This document shows positions 57,097-64,000 of a stretch of 64,000 nt of DNA, in pieces (position 1 is the stretch's first letter; every line of letters starts with the position of its first letter). The stretch covers positions 208,528-272,527 of the forward strand of contig JBFWNL010000006.1 in NCBI GenBank assembly GCA_050251055.1, written 5' to 3'. This DNA comes from Bacteriovoracia bacterium. GTDB taxonomy: Bacteria > Bdellovibrionota > UBA1018 > JBFWNL01. Position numbers and translations under genes: made by a program. Below the pieces are notes generated by a model. That model was not told the DNA's origin and made no database searches. It was given only the letters and a program-made list of their open reading frames with translations.

Positions 57097-58128
57097 GTGG
57101 GACGCGAGATTATGGGGCAGTCCGAATCCGTGTTGTCCATGAATAAGCTGATCGACCGCGTGGCGACCACCCGGACGAACGTACTTGTGATTGGAGAGAG
57201 CGGCACCGGAAAAGAGCTCGTGGCTCGCCGTATTCACGATCACAGCCCGCTTAAAAATAAGCCTTTCATCCCCGTTAACTGCGGAGCTATACCGGAGAAT
57301 CTGATTGAAAGCGAGCTTTTCGGGCATAAAAAAGGCAGTTTCACCGGAGCGGTGGCCGAAAAAATGGGCCTATTCGAGGCCGCGAATCATGGCACGATCT
57401 TCCTGGACGAAGTGGGAGAGCTTCCGCTTTCGATGCAGGTGAAGCTCTTGCGCGTGATTCAAGAGCGCAGCTTCCGCAAAGTCGGGGGAACCGATGACGT
57501 ACATGTCGATGTGCGCATCATTGCGGCCACCAACCGAAACTTGGAGGAGGCCGTTCGCCAGGGCACTTTCCGCGAGGACTTATACTACCGGCTAAATGTT
57601 ATATTGATCCGCACTCCACCGCTGCGGGAACGTGCGGGCGATGTGCGGTTGCTCGCGAAGTTTTTTTTAGAACAGTTCGCCCAGAAGTTTTCCAAGAGCA
57701 CCCGGTCTTTCGCCCCCGGGGTTTTGGAGGCGCTCGACGGCTACGGATGGCCGGGAAACGTGCGCGAGTTGGAAAACGTGATTGAGCGCGCGATCGCCCT
57801 GGAGAGCAGCGAAGAGATCACGTTGCAGAGCTTGCCCATCACGCTATCCACCGGAATGCGCTCCGCGCCGGCTACCCCGGCGATCGAGATAAAAAAGGCA
57901 CCCGTGGCGGCGGCCTCCGGAAGCGACGGCCGGTTCATTCAGATCCCCGCTCCCGATTTTTCCAAGGGTAAAGTCGATCTGGATGAGATCCTGGGCGGCG
58001 TGGAGAAAACCTTTCTCTTGCACGCGCTCGAGCATACCGGAGGCGTGAAGAAGAAGGCGGCCGACCTGCTGGGAATTACCTTTCGCAGTATCCGCTACCG
58101 GCTGAAAAAACAGAAAATCAAGGACTGA
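57097..58128 (+). CDS. sigma54-dependent enhancer-binding protein, PilR-like, lacking the N-terminal receiver domain
   Basis: GESGTGKE at residue ~33, ESELFGH..GSFTGA, FLDEVGE, WPGNVRELEN, C-terminal HTH AADLLGITFRSIRYRL. Starts 2 nt after the pilC stop. Confidence 0.88.
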   Translation: MGREIMGQSESVLSMNKLIDRVATTRTNVLVIGESGTGKELVARRIHDHSPLKNKPFIPVNCGAIPENLIESELFGHKKGSFTGAVAEKMGLFEAANHGTIFLDEVGELPLSMQVKLLRVIQERSFRKVGGTDDVHVDVRIIAATNRNLEEAVRQGTFREDLYYRLNVILIRTPPLRERAGDVRLLAKFFLEQFAQKFSKSTRSFAPGVLEALDGYGWPGNVRELENVIERAIALESSEEITLQSLPITLSTGMRSAPATPAIEIKKAPVAAASGSDGRFIQIPAPDFSKGKVDLDEILGGVEKTFLLHALEHTGGVKKKAADLLGITFRSIRYRLKKQKIKD

Positions 58129-58137
58129 TCCGGCTCG

Positions 58138-60978
58138 TTAGAGACTTTCTCGAAAGATCGTCTCGAGCGCACGAAGGTTTGAGGCTTGCGTGTAATCTAA
58201 TTTTTGAGCTTCACCTAGGCGAGAGGACGCCTTGGGCAGCCAGGCCAGAAGGTCGAGTTTGGCGGCAAAGCAGGCACGGTCGGTTTCTGGGCAGACATCC
58301 GGCACAAGGCGAAGTAGCTTTGACAGGTGCGCCGGTAGGAAAGCGCTCGTTAGGATTCGAAATTTGCCGATCATCCGCTGCAGGACAGTCCCGTCCGGCG
58401 ATTTCCCCCCCGGCCAAGCGAAGCTGGTTTCGGCTAGGTAGCGGTATTCTTCCATGTACCCAGGAGGCCGATCCACGAACTTGTCGGAAGGGATTTGGAA
58501 ATAATACTGATACTCCAAGCGGGCCAATGTACTTCGCGTAATCCCGCTAGATCTCAGGAAGCGAATTGCATCTTGACGCTCCGTCCTAGAGAGACCTCCC
58601 GAACGTTCATGCAGAAGCGAGAGGTCGGCGTCTTCCCCGCCCGTGGCGGTTTGTAATGTCGAAACCAAAAGCTGATCGTAATCGACGCTATCGTCCACGA
58701 AGTAGGCCCGTGCGGAGCGAAAACCGACCTGGGGGAACTCCAGGGTATGCAGCCCCGTAAAATCACGTATTAGTTTCTGGACTCCCCATTGGTTCAGGCT
58801 CTGCAACCCCAAGATCGATCCGGATTCTCGGAAACCCACCGACTCAAATACCTTCTTACTTTTTTCGAAAAAAAAGCTAAGCCGTTCACGATCGACGTTT
58901 AGGGGGCGATTGCTCACGATGATCGCTATCACCCCAGGGGCCGTAGTCCAAATCGTCACTTCTGGAAAAACTTGGTGAAAGGTATTAATCACGGTCAATA
59001 CCACTGAGCTATCCACGCCGAAGAGTGGAAACCACTGCGCGTAGATTCCTCCGGGCGACAAACGATCGGAGACCGCCTGCAGGAACTCGCGGGCAAACAG
59101 ATTTTCGACGCCGGCGACCCAGGGGTGGGCAGGTTCGGATACAACAATGTCATACTGAGTTTCACGGTTTCGGAGAGCCTTGTAAGCGTCGGCGTGGATG
59201 ATTTGGACTTTTTGCATTCGTTGGCTCAGCTGCCAGTTTTCCGCGTCGAAGAATGGGAGGGCCTCGATTACTTTGTCAGAAATTTCTGCCACTTCTACGG
59301 ATTCCAGACTTTCCACTTGAGCCAAGAGGCCCGTGGAAAGGCCGGCTCCCAGCCCAATAACGAAGGCGCGTCGTGGTGACGGATGGAGGGATAAGGGAAT
59401 CAAAGCATTGAGTGACCGCACTTTACGATCCACGGGGGCAGTGTTGGCGTTTCCATTCACATAAAGAGTGCGTCCCGTCGGGGTTTCGATCACGGTGGCA
59501 ATTCCGTCGGTGCCGAAGCCCGAGTATACCGTGATGGCTTTTGCGTGCGCGGCTTTGGCGACTTGGGCCGCTTCGGTGGTGTGCCGGCCGGCGTTTTGAA
59601 GGGTGAAAAGACCAGGGGAAAAAGCTAGGGGCGGCCAACCCGGAAGCGCGGCTACTCCGCCCAGACATGCCAAGGCGATAACGCCGATGGTAATACGGGC
59701 GGCGGGTCCCCGAACGGAAAGTGCCGCGCAAGCGACGCTACTCAGGACAATCAGCGCTAGAGTCAGCTTGCCCACCCATTCTCCCGGCACGAATTGGAAA
59801 AGCAGATAGCCACCGATCGTAGCGCCTAATACACTGCCCACCGAGTTGACCGAGTACAAACGACCCACGGTGTCCGCCAGTTCCTGGCGCCGGGTGCGGA
59901 GGTTAGAGAAGATCAGGGGCAGGTTAATGCCCATGAGGAAAACAGGTACGAAGAGAACGATCGCGAAAAAGGTAAAAACCGTAAACCAATAAGGCCACAC
60001 GTTGAGGTGGGTGCTTTGGAAGAGTAGGCGTACCCGCAGCAGCCACAGGGGCCACTTGGGTATGCTGAGATAGAGGCAAACGGCGCTCCCCGCGAGGGCA
60101 GCCTGGAGCAGAGCGAACCGGCCCAGTCCGAGGCGGGGTTGGCGGTACCCTAGCCAGAGGCTGCCAGTTGCCATCGCGAAAATAAAAGAAGCGACGATAA
60201 TCGAAAAGCTGTAGGCGCTGTTGCCTAACGCGACTCCAGCCATGCGGATCAGCATGTTCTCCAGACTAAAGACGTAAAAACCGGAGAGAAACGAAATTAC
60301 GAAAAGTAGGCGTCGGGCTGGAGCGCTCGTCGAGGACTCGGGCGTGGAACTTGGCGTGGCCGCGAGGATGGGCGTCGCAGCCGGCGGGCGTCGCTTGGCG
60401 ACCAGGTAAGTGACGAAGCAGATAAAAAGATTGATGAAGCTCGTGTAAAAAAGGGTGAGGGGAAGTCCCCAGTTTTCAATGAATACGAACCCGGCCAGCA
60501 GCGTGCCGACGAAGGCACCGAAGGTATTCACTCCGTAGATGCGCGCGTGCGCTCGTGCGCTGGACTCTAAGTTTGGGGATAACGCCTGGGTCAACGCCGG
60601 AATGGTTCCTCCCATGAGAAACGTGGGGAATCCGATGAACAAGCTCGCAAACAAGAGTCCGGCGCCGAGTTCTTGGGCCCCGCCACTTACCGGGAATTGG
60701 AAGAATCCGAACAGGGTCTGGAATAGTTCCGGCGAAATGAGGCAGTATAGCCCGATCACTCCTTCGATCACGCCATACAGCATGAGCTTGTCCCGGAAAA
60801 AGCGCCGACCCAAGGCGCCGATCGCGTAGTAGCCCAGCGAGAGGAAGCCGAAAAACACGGCGAGGATGAGGGAAGTGGAAAGCGCGTGTGAGCCTAGGTA
60901 GAAGGTGAGGTACTTCTGCCAGGTTACTTCATAAACGAGACCGGTGAAGCCCGAGAGGAAAACCAGGAAGTAGAGCAT
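58138..60978 (-). CDS. Fused multi-TM / spermidine-synthase-like (SAM-fold) membrane protein
   Basis: FLSGFTGLVYEVTW, PTFLMGGTIP, YGVNTFGA (duplicated TM halves); VIGLGAG, VAEIS, DAY, YDIVVSEP.HPW. Confidence 0.85.
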   Translation of the reverse strand: MLYFLVFLSGFTGLVYEVTWQKYLTFYLGSHALSTSLILAVFFGFLSLGYYAIGALGRRFFRDKLMLYGVIEGVIGLYCLISPELFQTLFGFFQFPVSGGAQELGAGLLFASLFIGFPTFLMGGTIPALTQALSPNLESSARAHARIYGVNTFGAFVGTLLAGFVFIENWGLPLTLFYTSFINLFICFVTYLVAKRRPPAATPILAATPSSTPESSTSAPARRLLFVISFLSGFYVFSLENMLIRMAGVALGNSAYSFSIIVASFIFAMATGSLWLGYRQPRLGLGRFALLQAALAGSAVCLYLSIPKWPLWLLRVRLLFQSTHLNVWPYWFTVFTFFAIVLFVPVFLMGINLPLIFSNLRTRRQELADTVGRLYSVNSVGSVLGATIGGYLLFQFVPGEWVGKLTLALIVLSSVACAALSVRGPAARITIGVIALACLGGVAALPGWPPLAFSPGLFTLQNAGRHTTEAAQVAKAAHAKAITVYSGFGTDGIATVIETPTGRTLYVNGNANTAPVDRKVRSLNALIPLSLHPSPRRAFVIGLGAGLSTGLLAQVESLESVEVAEISDKVIEALPFFDAENWQLSQRMQKVQIIHADAYKALRNRETQYDIVVSEPAHPWVAGVENLFAREFLQAVSDRLSPGGIYAQWFPLFGVDSSVVLTVINTFHQVFPEVTIWTTAPGVIAIIVSNRPLNVDRERLSFFFEKSKKVFESVGFRESGSILGLQSLNQWGVQKLIRDFTGLHTLEFPQVGFRSARAYFVDDSVDYDQLLVSTLQTATGGEDADLSLLHERSGGLSRTERQDAIRFLRSSGITRSTLARLEYQYYFQIPSDKFVDRPPGYMEEYRYLAETSFAWPGGKSPDGTVLQRMIGKFRILTSAFLPAHLSKLLRLVPDVCPETDRACFAAKLDLLAWLPKASSRLGEAQKLDYTQASNLRALETIFRESL

Positions 60979-61017
60979 AGCGCAGTTAGAGTCTATCCAG
61001 CCCGACGGGGAATGGGC

Positions 61018-61054
61018 AAAAAAAAACCCAGGAAGAATTGCTTCTTCCTGGGTT
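61018..61054 (-). terminator. Rho-independent terminator of pilA
   Basis: Minus strand AACCCAGGAAGAA-GCAA-TTCTTCCTGGG followed by T9. Confidence 0.88.
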
Positions 61055-61076
61055 CATTCAAAGAAAGACTAAAATA

Positions 61077-61679
61077 CTAGATACCGGTCCGCTGGTTCAT
61101 CAGGTTCTTGGTGTTGTCGATGGACCAAGTATCAACCTGAGTCGCGTTTCCAATGCGGCCCACCGAGCCCACCGTGAAGGCGTTGGTGGAAATTGCCGGA
61201 GCCGCAGTCGGGTAGTTACCCGCCGTGCCTAGATCGGCTTGGTTGGCCGAAACGCCACCGATGGCGGAGTTGGCTTGGAAGTGCGTGACTCCCACCATAG
61301 CGGTCATAGCGCCGCCAGCGCCCGTGCAGCCCGTCGTTTGCAGCACGTCCGTGCAGGGAACGTTAGCCGCTCCCGCGCGGCTGCAGTTGCCTGCGATGGC
61401 GACCGCGTCCGGAAAGCCCGTCGTGTAAAACGACATCGCGCCGTCCACGCCGAATCCCACGTCGTTCAAGCAGCTCGTATAGGAGGCTTGCTCGATCGCG
61501 AAGGACTGCAAAGCGGTGAATGCGCCGCCCAAGAGCACTTTCGCTTCCGATTGACGGGCTCGGGCTTGGTAACGGTTGTAGTTCGGGATTGCCACGGCGG
61601 CCAAGATGCCGACGATGGCCACCACGATCATCAATTCGATGAGCGTGAACCCCGAGCGGTTATTAATTAGCTTCTTCAT
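61077..61679 (-). CDS. pilA: Major type IVa pilin
   Basis: [10 protein letters not shown]|[35 protein letters not shown]; strong SD; own terminator; C-terminal DTWSID. Confidence 0.9.
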   Translation of the reverse strand: MKKLINNRSGFTLIELMIVVAIVGILAAVAIPNYNRYQARARQSEAKVLLGGAFTALQSFAIEQASYTSCLNDVGFGVDGAMSFYTTGFPDAVAIAGNCSRAGAANVPCTDVLQTTGCTGAGGAMTAMVGVTHFQANSAIGGVSANQADLGTAGNYPTAAPAISTNAFTVGSVGRIGNATQVDTWSIDNTKNLMNQRTGI

Positions 61680-61911
61680 TCGACGTACCTCCATTTGTAT
61701 GGTCGACCTACCCCTTATTAAAGGTTTGAGAAGATATAGGCTTGTATAGTAAAGATTCTAAACGTGTTTAGTTAAACAGAAACAGAATTTTACCTACCAC
61801 CCGCGCTTTTCCTACCCTAATAATTGATAAAAACAGTATATATTAATTATTTTTCATCGCAAATTGGAAAATTATTTCTTTTATTTCAAATACTTGTAGA
61901 ATTTTAGGGGT

Positions 61912-62826
61912 ATGCCATTTCCGTTAATTTCGGGCGTTTTTTTTGGGGTGGCTCTCTGGATGGCCTCGAGCATGAGAACTGCGGAGCCTGCGTGGGTCGA
62001 GCCGCCTCAGCAAGAAACGATCTGGAATGCACCGCTCTTACGCGCGATCTCCTTAGGGCATTGGACCACCATTGCCGATGCCGTGTGGATGCGGGGGATC
62101 CAAGATGAATCGCTAAGTCATGTCTCGCGCCAGGTCCGGGCGGCTCCTTACTATGATTTCGACATCGTCACCTCGTTGGATCCGGCTTTTTTCGAAGGGT
62201 ATTTCGACGGCGCGATCCTGTTGGTCATTATTCGTGATGATGACGAGGGGGCGGTGCGCCTGCTTCGGAAGTCAGAGGCGTTCCGGTCGCAGGTTTTGCC
62301 GACCTGGGGGGCCGAGTTTCGGCAGAGATTCTGGCCACTGGAGTGGGCCATTCCGACTACGCTCGGCTACACATATATGTTCGAACTCGAGGATCTCGCG
62401 GCGGCAGCGGAGCAGTTCCGGATTGCGGCGCAGTTGCCTGGGGCGCCCGACTATCTCAAGCAACTAGGCCAGCGGTTGGAGCACCCGGCGGGAGTTTACG
62501 AAGTGGGTTTGAAGACGCTAGGTTTCATGATGGCCGCCGCGCCAGATGATCGGGCCCGCCAAAAACTCGAACATCGACGCCGGAACCTTTTTTTGCTCCA
62601 GTTTCTCTTTCAGATCAACCAAGATTTCGTGGATTTTCTGCGTGAGCAACCGGAGAATAATCCAGTGAAGGTCTCGCAAGCGGCGCTTGAGCGGGTTTAC
62701 GCACGTTTCCAGCGTGAGCGGCACCCGCCCTCGCGCGATCCCTTTGGCGAATCCTTATACGTGGGCGCCGATGGAAAAATCCACACCCGCTCGCCCGTCG
62801 AAAGCGTGATGGGCATTCGCTATTGA
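61912..62826 (+). CDS. Pilus-associated TPR-like protein (resembles myxobacterial/Bdellovibrio PilG)
   Basis: LRAISLG..IADAVWMR, VTSLDPAF..Y, LGYTYMFEL, AAQLPGAP, DPFG; divergent from pilA. Confidence 0.65.
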   Translation: MPFPLISGVFFGVALWMASSMRTAEPAWVEPPQQETIWNAPLLRAISLGHWTTIADAVWMRGIQDESLSHVSRQVRAAPYYDFDIVTSLDPAFFEGYFDGAILLVIIRDDDEGAVRLLRKSEAFRSQVLPTWGAEFRQRFWPLEWAIPTTLGYTYMFELEDLAAAAEQFRIAAQLPGAPDYLKQLGQRLEHPAGVYEVGLKTLGFMMAAAPDDRARQKLEHRRRNLFLLQFLFQINQDFVDFLREQPENNPVKVSQAALERVYARFQRERHPPSRDPFGESLYVGADGKIHTRSPVESVMGIRY

Positions 62827-62838
62827 GAAGGATATCGC

Positions 62839-64000
62839 TTGGACTCCTCCTTTTTTCCTGCCCTTTATGACGACATTCTCCATGTCGACAACGCTTGCGC
62901 GATGTTGGAAAACGCGCCGGGATATCGTTTCTTGATCTATGCGCTGAGCTGCACCGGTGGAGAGAGCCTGTGGTTCAACCGCGTGGCTTCGGCGATCTGC
63001 TTAGGGCTCGCGTGGTCGTTGTTTGTGCGAGCGGCACGCCGGCCGGCTCGCGATTTTTGGTGGATCTTCCATCCGCTCGTGGCGTTTTCGTTTTTTTACG
63101 CTTCCCAGTTTTCCACGGCTTTTACGTTGCTTTGGGCTTGCGCTGGCGCTTGGTGTGTCCTGAACTGGGCCCGTTACCGCCCGAATGGACCTAGGCCAGG
63201 GCCTCAGCTGGTACGCGCCGCGATTCCGCTGCTGCTCTTAGGCGTCGCCGGGTCCACCATCCGTATGGAGGCCGCGGTTTTTCAGACGATGGTTCTCTTC
63301 GCGATATGGGGATTGGCTTGGGTGGAGGGCCGACGCTGGCCGGCTCGCCGAGAGCTCTGGACGTGGCTGGGTTTCTTGGTCTATTTCGGCGTGATCTCCC
63401 AGCTCTTGCGGGGGCTGTTCCCCGTATTTTCCGGGGGACCGGCGGCGCTTCTGCAGCTGCGGATCGAGGAGCCCTTCTACCCGATGGAAAGTCACCTACC
63501 CGTGCAGGCGTACGCAGGGTTGCTTTACTTACGTAGCTTTTTGCTTCCGATCTACGCCAGCTTCTTCGGGCCATGGACGGACTGGTGGGCCTTGCACGTT
63601 TCCACCGCGTGGCGCATCTACGTGGTGGCGGGGTGGGTGGGAGTTGCTTCCGCGGCGGCCTGGCTGATGCGCCCGCGGTTTTCGGCACCTCTGCGGTTCT
63701 TTTCCGCCGGAGTCTTGGTGTTTCTCGCCGCCGCCGCCGTCCTGTCGGCTTATTTGCGAGCAGATTGGTATTTTCTTTCCCGGACTACGCTGCCGGGGTT
63801 TTTGGCTGGCTTGTACGTGGTCGAGGCGCGCCGGCGAATGGCGACGAAAGGGTTATGGGGGGGGATTCGTAAGGGGATGCCCGTTTATGTTTTGCTGGCA
63901 TTCGCCTTACATGCTGGCCTGCATTACTCCACTCTCGAGAACTTAATCCGCTACGAATTGAATTGGGGTGGCAAAGACTCGCCGATTACCAACCGTACGC
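62839..64000 (+). CDS. Multi-TM protein, putative GT-C (TMTC-like) glycosyltransferase (partial)
   Basis: Not in the ORF track; appears open to the window end. Manual translation gives ..ALYDDILHV.., WIFHPLVAFSFFYASQFST, TIRMEAAV and LYLRSFLLPIYASFFG, echoing the DD, HP and YLxxxxxP motifs of bacterial TMTC-like proteins. Confidence 0.55.
   Translation, partial: MDSSFFPALYDDILHVDNACAMLENAPGYRFLIYALSCTGGESLWFNRVASAICLGLAWSLFVRAARRPARDFWWIFHPLVAFSFFYASQFSTAFTLLWACAGAWCVLNWARYRPNGPRPGPQLVRAAIPLLLLGVAGSTIRMEAAVFQTMVLFAIWGLAWVEGRRWPARRELWTWLGFLVYFGVISQLLRGLFPVFSGGPAALLQLRIEEPFYPMESHLPVQAYAGLLYLRSFLLPIYASFFGPWTDWWALHVSTAWRIYVVAGWVGVASAAAWLMRPRFSAPLRFFSAGVLVFLAAAAVLSAYLRADWYFLSRTTLPGFLAGLYVVEARRRMATKGLWGGIRKGMPVYVLLAFALHAGLHYSTLENLIRYELNWGGKDSPITNRT

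Noticed and set aside
61700-61820. Three CCTACC hexamers upstream of pilA, and a search for a sigma54 box
   Set aside because: The hexamers are short and irregularly spaced, and no GG-N10-GC box was found; too weak to call.

Overview
GC-rich bacterial window, most likely Bdellovibrionota/Oligoflexia. This is inferred from the TIGR02147/DUF4423 paralogs, Bdellovibrio-type large pilin-like proteins and the rpsF-rpsR-DUF2232-rplI-dnaB and pilB-pilT-pilC gene order. Positions ~12.9-58 kb are mostly housekeeping: grpE-dnaK-dnaJ, hemW, an M16 peptidase, a Fur-boxed TonB iron-uptake operon, a GMC oxidoreductase, an S28 peptidase, a cyclophilin, tatC, ribosomal genes with an S6:S18 leader, dnaB, a MoxR/Bat operon, GSIII, ribF and type IV pilus motor genes. 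The most unusual part is 477-10743, a mirror-symmetric double module. Each half has a TIGR02147/DUF4423 HTH regulator followed by a related 'GGxxxGNP' lipoprotein with its own promoter. Each regulator faces, across an AT-rich spacer carrying copy-specific, helically phased 8-bp repeats (YGCATTCA or TGCTTACT), a cassette of secreted proteins that includes a pilin-like protein with a variable C-terminus. The pilus locus is also atypical: pilS is absent, the PilR-like activator has no receiver domain, FleQ-like boxes sit upstream of pilB, and pilA is flanked by a spermidine-synthase-like membrane protein and a putative GT-C glycosyltransferase. No rRNA, tRNA, CRISPR array or transposase was recognised. 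All calls come from reading the sequence by eye; no database searches were run.
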